64,000 nt of DNA. It comes from Styela clava (lineage: Eukaryota). The notes below the pieces were generated by a model that saw only the letters and a list, made by a program, of their open reading frames with translations, searched no databases and had not been told where the DNA came from. The stretch lies in assembly GCF_964204865.1 (NCBI RefSeq), contig NC_135251.1:16244001-16308000 (forward strand), read 5' to 3'. The translations under genes were made by a program, and so were the position numbers. Positions within the stretch are counted from its first letter, which is position 1; every line of letters begins with the position of its first letter. Of the stretch, positions 41,401-54,767 are shown piece after piece.

Positions 41401-41468
41401 TACCAATCAAGACTGCTTCCTCCTTTGATAGTGCTGCAGCGGAAGCAGTAGCTTGTGTTAAATCATAA
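29421..41468 (+). CDS. SUCLG2: Succinate-CoA ligase GDP-forming beta subunit, 9 exons, ~432 aa
   Basis: Exons 29421-29492, 32898-33045, 33675-33874, 34043-34195, 36577-36763, 38526-38687, 39251-39393, 39749-39869, 41356-41468. Motifs [60 protein letters not shown]. Exon 1 ([24 protein letters not shown]) is an Arg-rich presequence and is less certain. Confidence 0.94.
30299..32585. mobile_element. hAT-like non-autonomous element with internal satellite-like repeats (SUCLG2 intron 1)
   Basis: TIRs CAGGGATGGCCA/TGGACAACCCTG, subterminal TTCGAATA repeats, and about six dispersed copies of a ~75-110-bp unit (aataggaatcaaaa...tttaccacacatt.taagtccacagatcgccgttgtat) between 30730 and 31490. Confidence 0.7.
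34252..35456. mobile_element. Putative non-autonomous DNA element (SUCLG2 intron 4)
   Basis: Short TIRs ATGTTACAAAA/TTTTGTAACAT bound a more CpG-rich block. Confidence 0.45.
35603..35924. mobile_element. hAT-type MITE
   Basis: TIRs CAGTTGTTCTCAAA/TTTGAGAACCACTG; TSD ATTTAGAT/ATCTAGAT. Confidence 0.8.
37220..37825. mobile_element. hAT-type MITE
   Basis: Degenerate TIRs CAGGGGTCGGGAAC/GTTCTTGACCTCTG; 8-bp TSD TCATAGAA. Confidence 0.8.
39957..40661. mobile_element. hAT-type MITE containing a segment of another repeat family
   Basis: TIRs CAGTGGTTCCCAACC/GGTTGGGAACCACTG; TSD GTCTACTG. Internal ~40060-40400 is homologous to ~10720-11100. Confidence 0.88.
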
Positions 41469-42057
41469 CCGTAACATCGAGTGGTAGATGCAAAATCTGT
41501 CATAGTGTCAAATAATAACAATGTTCCATAATTCAGTCAGCAATTGAAATTTGTAAAGAAAAGCCCATGCATGATCCAAGTTTTGTGTCATTTCATTTGT
41601 ACTTATATTTACGGTAATTAATTGTAAGATGGAATTGATCGACGTTTGCTGTTGCGCAGTTTCCCCCTCTTAAAGCCCCTCCTAAGAATTGCCTCACACA
41701 CCCTAGTTATCATTTCACATCATGCACTGCAACATAACTTCCAATATATCTTTATGAAATCAAATTTTTTTTCTTGTTACCTTCCACAGAATCCATGATT
41801 ACCGGTATATATGCTAGGCTTGGTGTAAAACAAGTTAAAAAGTTACATATGGTCGACAGAGCATATTACTTTTTGACTTGGTTCATATATTTAATTTCTT
41901 TTTGACAAAATAAAGAATGGTGTAGTCTGTGGATGCAATTATGCGTTAGTTTATCATTATAAAAATAAAATTATGAATAATTTTCTTCGATCTACGTGTG
42001 TTTTTTGCCGAGCTCGGGAATTGAGAAATTCACCTGCGCTAGCTGTGTTTGTATGAT

Positions 42058-42282
42058 GGATCTTTTGGGTTTGTCTCCGTCTTTTTATGAACTCTGAGCT
42101 ATCCAGAATCCAACTTTAAATTGTTGGATGCGCAATTCGCCGTTTATTAAAGACTCTATTTTACTTAATAGGATCTTTTGGGTTTGTCTCCGTCTTTTTA
42201 TGAACTCTGAGCTATCCAGAATCCAACTTTAAATTGTTGGATGCGCAATTCGCCGTTTATTAAAGACTCTATTTTACTTAAT
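42058..42282. repeat. Exact ~113-bp tandem duplication
   Basis: ggatcttttgggtttgtctccg...ttttacttaata occurs twice in succession. Confidence 0.92.
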
Positions 42283-43890
42283 AAAATGACTTGGGACTCT
42301 CACACAACTAACCGCCAGGTAGACTTATCGACTGGAGACTAATTGCTCGTGTGACATACGGTCCAGCAACTCATTTGGATTTTCATCTCGGGGGAGATAA
42401 AAGTCAATAAGACGGCCTAATCATGTGGCGTACCACGGCTAGTTCGTATCTGATATGGCCAGTTATTTGTCCCAGATGCTTGAACTAATGGTGGAGCAAA
42501 CCATAACCACCAGCGGTCACATGAACGGCGGTGGGAAGTAAAGCTATTCCCTCGCACATAGTATTCTCTCCGGGATGCGAACCAAAGCAAGGTCATCAGA
42601 GGTGCGATGGCGAGCGTATTTATAACGCTTGGCATGATGAGCATTCCACCCAATACCGGTGAAATTAACTCCGTACTTTTGCATCTTTTAACACGCTGCT
42701 GTTTATATGAGATTTGTACGCCTTTGGATACGTGCCTGCTGATACATATAATAGAATATCACCACCGAAGGATCGAAATCTTATTGGACTCGGCATTTCT
42801 GGCACAAGGTCATTACACTATGGTTTAGGTGATAGATATGGAATCTTCATTTTTTTTCGACTCGCCGATTTTAAGACCACTAGATCGCTATTTCATAAAA
42901 AAAAATGACTTGAAAAATCAAAAGTATGTAAATGTGATCCACGGTCAATAGACCATCTAACTACCAACCTTCGAGGTCCTGATGTTCGTGCCTCGACGGT
43001 TGGCGCAATGCGCTACGGGTTAGGAACACGAGGTATTGAATTGACTATTCAGAAACAAAAGAGCAATGCTCAAATATATTTTACACCGAGTCGCACACCG
43101 GTGCGGTAGGGTCTAAGAGCACCGCGTTAGGCCTATTTTTGATGGCGGGGCCGGGATTAGTCCCATCAGGCCGCACTTTAACCCAAACTTTTGACTCCCG
43201 TTTATAGGTGGCATTACATGGTTACATTACAAACGAGGTAAAGCTTGGGCTGAACAAATAATGAACAGAGATTTATGTTTGGATTGCAAATGTCGAGTGA
43301 GGATAAACCACCAAGCATGAGGTTCTTTCAAAGTCTATTATGCTTCTGACAAATAATGAGCCGGTTACCACAAGCTCAAGTGAGATAATAAGTCAAACAA
43401 CTGTCTGTTTGTTTTATTAATTGTGATTCGTCTAGAGAAAAAAGCGTTTAGCCAACTTATATATATATATTTATCTCAGATTGAAAGGAGCGGGACATAG
43501 CAAGTACAGCAACCGACAAGTTGTTTATGTGATGAAAATCTGGTATTGCGTGGACAATTATCCACAAAATGAGGAAGTCGTAGGTTGCAAAGCATAAAAC
43601 ACAAAACAATTATTCAGTACCCACACATGAGAAATGCTGTCTTTAAATGAGATCGCAGAAGAGCAAACAGCTATCTAAGTGTGTAACGAAAAGGCGAGAT
43701 ATTGTATTATTGTGGACTATGTCATTAAACCACATTAATTGTAGGTTTTTGTCTATATATATATATAAATTACCTAATTCCACAATTCTTTATTTAAAAT
43801 ATACAACTCGATTTTTATTAATTACAGTATTATTTAGATTGTCTGGTATATATAATATTTGAGACTGGTGTTGTCAACCTAACATAAAAA

Positions 43891-46800
43891 ATGAATGCGA
43901 AAAATACTTCAACCGCAGTAGAAAATGGTAAGAATAGATATACATGCTTCTATGGTACTGCAACACGCATATTGAAAATGGGTCTTAGGTTGGAATAACT
44001 GGTACTCCCGCAGTATGTGAACCAAAATGGCGGACACCGGAACGTAATATGTGTACCAGGTTAAGGTTAGGCCATAATTTTATTCCAATTTTACTTATTA
44101 TTTTAGTTCTATTACGAGGTCGGGGTCTAGCCAAGTGACTCACGTGGTATTTGTACCTGAAATTATGGCCTAACCCTGGTATACATACTACGTTTCGGTA
44201 TCCCATCTTGGTTCACATACTACGGGAAACGGGAGTATCGAATAACTATATTATCGACGCTGCATGCTACACCAAGATAACAATTGGTGTTTGCCGAGAG
44301 GGAACCGGTTTGATGAAAAACTCAAGCTTCAGAGATATAATAAATTGAATATTAGCTAACTTTCATCGATATTTTTTCTAACAAAAAACGCACATTTTTG
44401 AATTCACAAATAAAATGTTTCATATGCCACAAAATTTATCAATTTTAAATATGTGATTCTTTATTTTATTGCAGGAACTACGGAAAATGTGTCAAAAAAG
44501 ATCAAATATCCAAATACTTCTTCCGGTATTTCATTCGGCGACGTTGATCATATCGTTAATGCAGATGGTCAATATTTATTTTGCAGATATTGGAAACCAG
44601 ATACAGAAATCAAGTAAATATTTGATTTGATTGTGCTTTCAATATTAAGATAAAAATTGTCTATAAAAATAAGTTAGTTATATTACCTTCAAGTAATCGA
44701 ACGATCAAACAGTTATGAGTTAATTATCATAAAACATGGCTAATGATGATATTCTTTTAGATGATAATACTACAGTCCTATTCCTGTCATGCTGTGGAAT
44801 CGTTACAAAAATCAGTTCAATTTTTATTATTATATAATTATTAATTATGCTTACTAAAATTTTGTATATATTGGGTTTGGGTAACCCACATTTTTGTAGA
44901 TTAAAATTAAAAAAAAAGATAACGTTTCTTATTGTAGAAAAAGAGATTTGGGGATGATAGCACATATACAAAATGAATTCGGTAAACGAATAAAATCATC
45001 TTTAAATAATTTAAATCAAATCTGTCAAGTATATTTTAGGAGTTGTTTTATATTGTTCACAATATTATATTTTCGCATATCCTAATCCTATCCATTTCCT
45101 AATAAATTACACCCATGGGTTCCCAACACCTCTTTTCGTTCCAAGTCTTTAGTTATTGTATAATATAAATTCAGAGCATTGATGTTCCATGCACACGGAT
45201 TTGCTGAACATTCTGCACCTTCAAAAGTACTAGCAGAAAGAATGATGGAGCTTGGAATTTATTCATTTGCCCATGATGATGGTGATTTGAATTCAACATT
45301 AATAGCAGTGCAGTATGTTGCTGAGTACCAAGGGAACTGTTATGTAAAATGATCGCCACGGCCACTCCATTACTGTTCTATTAATCTGGAGTTGATGCTC
45401 CTGTAACTATCATGTATTTTAACTACAGACAGCAGTAAAATAAAACATTCGTAATCGGTGATTAAATCCGGCATACTACCGTCTAGCTATAGTACTAGAG
45501 GTGGGCAAGGTTTTTGAACTAGGGGCCAACAATTTTGCTCATCTAGACTGTCGGGCCATGTAAGTGTGACGTAAAAAGTCAATCTAAAATGTTACATTTT
45601 ATGAGCAATATTTACAATGTTACAAAAGAAAAAGTGGAAAACAATAAGCCTCGTTCCAAAACTAAATTTAATTGCAATCTTAACACATTCCTTGAGCTAT
45701 TTTTAGCTAAAACATCAAAATTTGGTTTTAGTTTAGTTGTGGCAGCATCAGGCGAGCCAGATTGAATTACCAAACGGGCCGGATTTGGCCCGCGGGCTTG
45801 GCCCGCGTAGTTTGCCCATGTCAGAACTATAGTTAGTACTAGCATCGATTTTTTTCATTTCAGTTTCTATGTGCACAATTTTAAAACTAAAATGCTACTT
45901 TCATTTATTTTAGTTGCTCATGGAGAAAGTCAAGGTCTTCGAGGTCATATATTGGATTATAAAGTTATGGTGCGAGACATATGGCAACACATCGATTTGA
46001 TAAGACCGGAGTATCCGGAGGTTCCCATATTCATATACGCTCATTCCATGGTAAACTACGTTTTCTTATTTTTTGAATATGAAAATTACATATTCGGTTT
46101 TTGTAAACGCATTATAGCATAATGAGGTAGGCTACCTTGCGGGTAGGTACAGACAACAGTCAATGGGCGTGAAGTTTATATGCGTCCTATGTATTTAGGT
46201 AACCACTCGAGAATTTACAATAATAACTAAAGAACGATGCGCAAGTATATGAACACGAAAGCCAAAACAAAGTAGTACGGATATGCAATCTGTCACAGAC
46301 ACAGTAGACACCACCCGCAGTCTCCGCGACCTCGCCTTACCACTAACATGAACGCGGACCCGCCACGAGGTGCGCAATGTTTAATTTTGATGACGTCATC
46401 GTACACAAAAAAACAATCTTATAAAGCCCACAATATTTTTTTAATTAAATAAAAGTAGTAGCCTTCCATCGAAATTTTAGTCTTTAACCGCTGAAAATTT
46501 TAAAGCGATTATTTCAGAGCAACAACAAGAACTCTAACAACATCATACTAATAATTACAACAAAGCGATCTCTTTGTCCACTTCGCGTCCAATAATAATA
46601 ATATGTAAAAGTCCTCTGTTTTTACATATTATAAACTAACTACATAGTGATGGCCTAAAAATTTGAAGTAGTAATTCCGCGGGCGGCCGCGGGCGCGGCG
46701 GTGTGGTTCAACGGGTTAAGCGTTAGGAATACGCTCGCCACCGCTCCTCTAATTACTCTGCGTGGGTTCGCAGGTTCGAATCCCATGCAGGGATGGTTAT

Positions 46801-49383
46801 GTGCGAGAGGATTGCTGGACTCCTCGCCGTCGTTGGGTGGTTCACGTAACCGCTGGTCGGTTACGGCTTCCTCCACCACCAATTCCATGCTTCCGAAAAC
46901 AAACAATACAGTATACCTAACTAATCCCATACCCGACTTGGAATGGTAACCGGACGAGAGGCCGTGGTTCGCCATATGGATAAGCCGTCTTATCGGCTTT
47001 CCTCTCCCCCGGGATAAATATGTAAATCCTATCCTATCCTATCCTAAATGAAGTTTGATCTTTATGTGCAGGGAGGTGCGCTTGCATTGATCGCAGCTCA
47101 CGAAAGGCCGAACTTCTTTCGCGGTATTCTCTTATCAGCTCCCTATATCACACCAAGTGAAGCCACAGCTACTCCAGTGAAGGTAATTTATGAATAATTG
47201 ACTATAGAATACACAACATTCTCAACTCAAGTAGCATCACATGTTACCCCAAGTCAATGAAAGTGGCTTGTTTGTCAACTTTCGTGGTTATCTAATTATG
47301 TTAAAAGCTGATTTTCATTTTACGAAATACTCACGAAATTACAATAATTCTAAAAAATAATTGATCTATAATACACTTTACCACAAAAGCAATATCATGT
47401 ATAATCAAGCAAGAAATATTTCCGAAAACGTAACTTCGTATCTTTTTTTGCCAATCTTTGCAATTTCCACTAAACTAATTTCATCAGTAAGCCTTAAAAA
47501 TTTAATATATACGCATTTTCATAGCAATGCTATGATGGGGCATTGAGAAGTTGTTACATAAATGCAAGTTGATTTGACCTTAATTGCATTTTCTGACAGT
47601 TTTCATCGGATAAATTGATATTTCGAAGTGGATTCTTTGGGGACGCCCAGATATCAATAGCTCACTCAATCGTCACTCATTTATTTATTTGATAAAACAG
47701 GTTATCTTGGCTAAGATTGTTGGGCGTCTTGCACCAAAAATTCGGATAGCACAAATGGAAACAGACTTCCTTTCAAGAGACGAGAAACAGGCAATTTAAA
47801 AAAATATTCTTTGTTATTATGAGCGCCTGTAATAAGCTGTAAGTGAGCAATTGATTCTGTGGGTTTGCCAAAATATAGTAATCGAAATTTGAGAAACATT
47901 TCATTTACCATTCATTTCATGAAGGATATGCACAGAGATCGGTAGGAAACCAATGATAGACAATGATGAAATGTATTCCTTGTGTAGATGAAGTATCCAG
48001 AAAATATGACATTCTGATTCCGAGAATCATTTTAAAATCATAACATTGAAATGCCGAGTGATTTTGGATTTAGTGGAATACTTTCTTCAAATCAAATAGT
48101 GTGATTCAACCTTTATATCTGATAATCTGCGTGGGTTCGCAGGTTCCAATCCCGTGGGGGATAATTATGTGCGAGAGGATTGCCGGACTCCTCGCTACCG
48201 TAGGGGTGGTTCACGTAACCGCTGGTCGGTTACGGCGTCCCCCACCATCAAGTTCATGCTTCTGAAAACAAATAACTGGCTAACTAATCCCATACCCGAT
48301 ATGAACTGCTAAACCATATGAGAGGCCGTGGTTCGCTGTATGATTAAGCCGTCTTCTCGCCATTCCTCTCCCCCAGGATCAATATGTATGTAAATCCATC
48401 TTTTCCTATATAGCGTTATTAAACATTAATAATATCAAATAATGTCACACTTCCTATGAATTCAGTGTACTTGCACCAAACATGGTAGCCAAAAGCAAAC
48501 AAAAAATACATTCCATACTTTGAAAATGAATAGTTTAATTTCGATTGTATTATTGCTATGTTTGTCAATTAGGCTAATAGCTGTTATGTACACTATCATA
48601 ACGAAAGTCGGATCTGTGCAAAATTTTAAGTCTTATAAGCACTGCAATTTTACGTTTGTAGGGCCAACACCATGAAATCATGTATCTATTATGATCATTT
48701 CGCCTATCCTTGTTTAATTAATGTTTCTGATTTTGGTGATATTGAGCGTGAAAAATTCACAAAAACGAATTACGGTTCAACCCTACGAATACGCATTAAA
48801 AACATGTATTTCACAGATGGAGACTTACATGAATGACCCGCTAAACGACAAGTTAGGAATGAGAGCCAGTTTTGCAATTCAGTTTTTGGCTATTGCTAAG
48901 AAGATGAAAGAAATCCTGCCACAAACCACGGGATCGTTCTTTGTCGCACATTCAGAAGATGACAAAATTTGTGACGTCAGTGGGTCAAGGTTCATGGCTG
49001 AAGTATCCAAAAGCGAAGATTTAACTTTGAAGGTATGAACAACTAAGGTCGTTTATCTTTGTAAATCTTCCTCTTTACCGTTACCTGAACGAAATTAATT
49101 GATCAACCAATTCTCGTGATCGTGATGAGGGTAACATATTCTCAATTGTCAGTAGTAATTACATGTGGAAGGATTTTAAGCGAAAGCAATAAAAAAGCCA
49201 TGACAAATTTTATTCTCGTTTATATTTGGTATGTGACCCCTTATTAATTTCAGTTTTAGTAAAAGTTTTATTATTAACACACAGATCTACAATGGTGCAA
49301 TGCATAAGCTCGAACGTGAAACTCCAGAATTTGTCGAGGCCTATTTTGATGAAGTTTTACAATGGATAAAAGAGCGAATGTAG
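43891..49383 (+). CDS. MGLL: Monoglyceride lipase-like alpha/beta hydrolase, 8 exons, ~311 aa
   Basis: Exons 43891-43927, 44475-44613, 45175-45281, 45914-46050, 47072-47182, 47701-47790, 48817-49032, 49285-49383. Motifs [27 protein letters not shown] nucleophile elbow, [16 protein letters not shown]. Intron 6 requires a GC donor. Confidence 0.88.
46691..47046 (+). mobile_element. tRNA-derived SINE, full-length copy in MGLL intron 4
   Basis: A box TGGTTCAACGG, B box GGTTCGAATCC, body, and ATCCT-repeat tail. Partial or diverged copies at ~48125-48400, ~28385-28495, ~42385-42655 (-), ~52895-52918 (-), ~61035-61122, ~62140-62230 (-). Confidence 0.87.
48125..48400 (+). mobile_element. 5'-truncated copy of the same SINE
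   Basis: Aligns with 46757-47030 (ctctgcgtgggttcgcaggttc...gtaaatcc). Confidence 0.8.
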
Positions 49384-51326
49384 AAATACTGCATTTTATT
49401 TTTTAAATTTTATAATTAATTTTACCATCAAGTTCAATCGTGGTTAATCTAACTTTTGTCTCGATGATGACTTACGGCATGGTATGCCTCATAACCTACA
49501 GCCTACATGCTTGTGGCAAATCTGTGAAGTGAAAAAAAAAAATTACACAACAATACTTGAAGTATTCGGAAAATCGAACCCATTTCATGCAGTTCATGTT
49601 TCAATACGATTGCTCGACTTAAAATATGCTCTCAAAAACGCTCCGCAATTTTCCAGGTCCTTGAAGCCATCTATTTCAGCAATCAGATATTGATTCAGAA
49701 ACCTTAACCTATTTTGCTCTATTCGCTTGTAAATGATTTCTGTATAAAATGCCACAACGCCATCTCATTTAGCTATTCAAATAAATACTCACAACCATAT
49801 CAAGATACCATAAATGTATTTTTTCACGTATTATGCAATTCAGTTTTATTCAAATTAGTATACAATATCATTAACAATCTAATTTCAAATAAAATAAATT
49901 TACATAATGAGTTTATATATATATATACATACGGTAAGTTTTTTTCTCTATTTTTTCCTTTCCATTCTCTATAATAAACAGTGAAATAACTTTGCATTGT
50001 CTTTTGTAGGATAATCTCTGGTATACAAAACTTCTTTCAGACTTTAAAACGTGATCATGGTGTCGAGCTTTCTTCAATTGAATATAGGCGCAATCTCAAT
50101 GTATGTTGATGTGTAGAGTATCCTCATAGTCACAACCGATTCCTGTGATGAGCGACAATAAATACCACTCCAGATTAATGAATAATAATAAATAATAACG
50201 AATCTCGTGATTTTTAATTACAAAGCAAATAATGCAATGTATGTTTTTGTGGATCTTTTGCTAAAACGTACACGGAATTAATAGTGCCACTTCGATATGC
50301 GATCCTGGTGATTTTAGTATCAACCAAATCCAACGGTGACAAGGTTAGAGTAAGGAACTAAATTTTATAAGAATGTCTTTATGCAATTGAGATCACGTTA
50401 GGCAAGTGAGATAACGTACGAAAAATGTTTTATAACGCCGAGATCGCATACCAAAGTGGCAGTGGATTAACTACTGTTAGAACGATATTATGAAAACCAT
50501 GCTGATAGCTTCGAATCAAAATCAAAAGTAGGATGGCGTCAAAATCATGTTGCTCCGGGTATATTTATTGTCACCAATACTTTCTGCAGCATGTTATCGT
50601 TGTTTTCAAAACAATTTTAAACATTCCCTTGCAACCTATGTCTTGATTCAATTTCTTTTGTAAGAGTGATCATTACGGTTGAAGCTAGAGAGATAATAAA
50701 AGTAAAGGGAAAGAACGTGCACTTCTCATATAAACGGTTTTGAAGAAAACAATACTAAATTATCTCGATCTTTTCTTCGAAGACTCTTGTTCAGCATATT
50801 AGGAAATTCAAAAATATTGACAAAGTATAGTGAGACGTGAGTGTTGTTTAAATGTGGGGACCGCTGTACTTGAACTACGGTTCTCGTAGCAATCAACCAG
50901 CTGCTCTGTCTCGCGTGTTGTGATTAGGGATGTCGGAATCGACTACGGAATCGATTTCGATGCATTGAAATAGATTCTTAGTGTTAAGAATTTGATTGTA
51001 AACAAGGTTAAACGCACGCTGCTGGTTGCTGCATTCTCCTGCCTCACTCGCTCGTTTGCGCTGGCATGTTTCGTCTCTTGCGAGGACGGCTCGAAGCGTT
51101 GCGCGACGTTTTTCAAAAAAATTCATGTTGTGCGACATGATTTGCTTTTATGATACTACACCGGACTAGTTTATATTCACAAATGCATTCGTTAGGCTGT
51201 TTAGTGTTGTGTCCGTCAAACGCCATTTATTTTGTACATTGTAGCCCACTTCATTTAGTTTTGCGATAAGACATTTTGTAGGCTAGTCTGCTAGTACTGT
51301 GATTTCAGACCTGTATACTGATAGTC

Positions 51327-52889
51327 CAGCGTTTCCCAACCATTGTTGGTCGCGGACTATTTTCTCATCGGTGAAAACCTTTGCGGACACAATGTGCGTT
51401 TATTGCAACCGTAACGAATTTCGAAATCAGAAATTTGCCGCAGTTACGCGTTTGTTAAGAGAGCCGACTTTTTTAGTGTGTAATGGCCTTTTCTGTCGCA
51501 CAATATTCAATCCGTGACAATGACGAGAATTTAAAATGTCTTTCTTTTTTAACTTAATTGTGTTCATGGTAACTCGCGGTTGCGTCGACTTACGATAAGA
51601 TGAAAGCATTACTTCTTTAAAATAGAACGACAATCTGCAAACATAATAATGTGAGAATATATTGCCCGATTGTATTTAGTTTTGATACATACTTTTTGCG
51701 ATCTTGCGAATTTGTTATCGCCGTTAGAAAAATCCTACTATCTGCAATAAGTTTCCAGAAAGTACCACTTGATTTAGTACTTATAAAAAATATTATTTAA
51801 ATTCTATTAGTAAATCAAAAATACATAATCATCGCATTGCTTTATTATTGATTTAATTGGGACCATATTAATCTGCGGTTGTGTTGACGAAATAAAATCA
51901 ATAATACTCAGATAATATCATGGCAATCCGTGGACACAATAATGCGTGGTGAAGTGCCCAATTATATTTTGTTTTGGTTCGTATTTTTGTAAATTCGACA
52001 AATCTGATATGTTCGTACAACGCCTATGGCGCCACTGTACGTACTTATGTACGCTACTATACGTACCAATAGGAAGGCAATAAAGCAAAGAAACTCAAGG
52101 AAAAATGCTCCTATACTACGATCGCACCAGAAATTTTGCGATTTGCAATGTCTAAAAAAGCGATTTAAATTTGGTCGGTTTTATTTTTATTATTGCCGCT
52201 TTTTAAATTGGAAAACTTGGGTTGCCACCATTGACACGTATCAGAAAAATAATTTATTCCTCGTTGTTCGAACTCGCAAGAAACACCACTTGGTAGAAGC
52301 GTGTACAGACTCGTGTTTTCGTCGGAAACTTGCCAGTGAGTTGTGAACTCCGATCGTTTGATTAAGCGACGCGCAAGTGACCTGTTGCTGTCCCTTGTTA
52401 CCAAATTTTCGCATAGTTAATTCTTATTCTAATAGTTGAATATTCGAATATATTACCAGCCCTAATTGACTCGAATAATGATATGCGAATTAACTTGCAT
52501 AAACCAGACATCGCTAGAGGACCTGAACTAAAGGACAAAGTTGAAAACCTAAAAATACGCGCCCGTCCACCAAACACAGTCAAATAACACAATAAAATAA
52601 AAATACGCGATACAGAATCAGGCAATACCTTCAATAAATCTATTCAATTATGCAAATACTGATCAGAATGTGAACAGGGCAACACTTTATAAGAAATAAA
52701 AAATTGATAGTTTTTTTGTTGTCACGGTTGTGACGTTTTATGTAAATTTTAACGTAACTCGACATTTGGCTGATTGTTCAGTTTCGCAAAGACGTTTGCG
52801 GCCCGCAGTGAATTTCTGGCTCGTTGCGGACTCATTCAAATGCTCCGCGGACTCATTTGAGAGCGCGAACTCTGGTTGGGAAACACTGG
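51327..52889. mobile_element. hAT-like non-autonomous element (~1.56 kb)
   Basis: TIRs CAGCGTTTCCCAACCA/TGGTTGGGAAACACTG with subterminal GCGGAC motifs; TSD not preserved. Confidence 0.65.
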
Positions 52890-53099
52890 CTTAGCACGAT
52901 GAGCCACACCGCCGCGCCAGAATAAGAATGAATATATTCTCATTTTTTTATTATTATTAAAAACATTAATTTCTATAGACAAAATACCACATAAATAAAA
53001 TTGCACTTAAAATAAAAATACGAGTTCGTGATAATTTTTTTTTTCCATATAGACTGTCAGTTTACCATTTTGCAATATTTTTTTTGAGTAATAATTAAT

Positions 53100-53470
53100 T
53101 GTTTCCACGAAAAAGATTAGGTCTGATTTCAATTTTCTTCCGAAAAATAAAACTAGGGCTTATTTTTGGGGGATGTCTTTTATTTTAATTTATTAAAAAC
53201 AAAATTACAACGTAGAGAAATACGAAATTTTCAAATATACAAAATATAAAAACCGATATGCATTTACCAATAAATAACACGTTTTTATTAAGAATAACTG
53301 CAAAACATAGATTATTATCAACCATTTAAAACGTGTAGGGGAGATTTTTTGCTATCGACTAGGTAAAAGCAAAAAATTTTGGTTATTGACTAGGTCTTAT
53401 TTTAAGGGGAGGACTCATATTAAAATCATTTTCGGAATTGAGGCTGGGTCTTGTTTTCGGGGAAACACGG
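53100..53470. mobile_element. Second copy of the CCG-terminus Tc1/mariner-type MITE
   Basis: Ends GGGGAAACACGG|TA; body is the reverse complement of 13705-14050. Confidence 0.75.
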
Positions 53471-54767
53471 TAGTTATTTTTTTAGTATTTTTATCATATA
53501 TGAAAATTGAAAAAATTGTGGCCTTCCATTATGTTTTTTTAAATTTAAATTTTCAAATTTTAATTTTTTGAATATCTCGCACGTAATATATTCTTACGGG
53601 TAGTGCGGAAAAATTCCTGATGGGTTATTCCAGTTCAGATGAAAAACATATCTTCGATTTGTAATACTTATATTTATTTATTATTTGCTCTTATCACATT
53701 TATTTTTGTAGATGATCAAATTGAAAGAAAAGTGATGTTCTCATTTGATTCCGGTATTTACAAAAAACTGGAACGGGATCATATAATCAGCAGCTCCGCC
53801 CCCTTTTTTGTTTGGCCATAGCAACTTCTTGGGCAACTTGTTATGATAACGCTTTTTCACTGGAGGCGGCAGAGGGAATCGGCGTTCTGTATTGCTGATT
53901 TATTCCCGTTGCCTGCGTTCAAGGTGTAGGGTAGACTCGAGTCTGTTAGTTTTGCATCCCAGATTTGAAAGCACACGGAAAAGAGAAAGAATATTAGAAT
54001 TAGACTGCTTGAAAAAGCTTCGAATACCATTCACAAAGCTAGAAGGTTTTGTACAATTATGAATGTAGGTGTAAATCGGTCTTTCATAAATATGTAAATC
54101 TTATCCTAACTGCAGAACTGTGCCATACCGTACTGTTATAGCATTCTTATTAAATATATTGCATTGAATAATTTATATTTATCCTTAAATCAAAACTATA
54201 TCAATAAATTCACTGGATTATTTATAACATAGGTATTATTCTCAACAATGCTTTGAGAGGAACTGCTATTATCTCCCTGTTCCTTTTGATTTGTTATTCA
54301 TATTCTGTGGTGTTATTATGGTTCTTAATATAATTTATTGCTTCAATGTTATCAGCAGTCTTCTAAACGTGTTATGGAAGCAATTTGTTTCTTATTCATT
54401 CATGAAATAATACTTTAAATACGTATAGATGGAATTCGTTATTAAACAAATTCAGAAATTGTGCAAAATTCATATGGGAAAAAGTTGTTCCAGTAATGAA
54501 GTTAGAGAATAATAGTTTGTGCCCTTTAACATTGAACGATCAAGGATACAGAATAAGTAATACTTAAATAAAAGTGGTTTCCATCTCACCTGCCTAAGTA
54601 GATACGAATCTGTTAAATGCAAAGAAGAATTGGACACTACTGTGAAATATTAGTTTAAACCAAATGGCTGCTCACTTTTACCTGTGTTATTAAGTTTTTT
54701 TAACCAATTGATACCCATTGTGTTTTTAGCCATGTAAGTAACAAGTAAATTTTATTCATATCTGAAC

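Noticed and set aside
46691-46795. tRNA gene candidate
   Set aside because: No proper cloverleaf or terminator; it is the SINE head.
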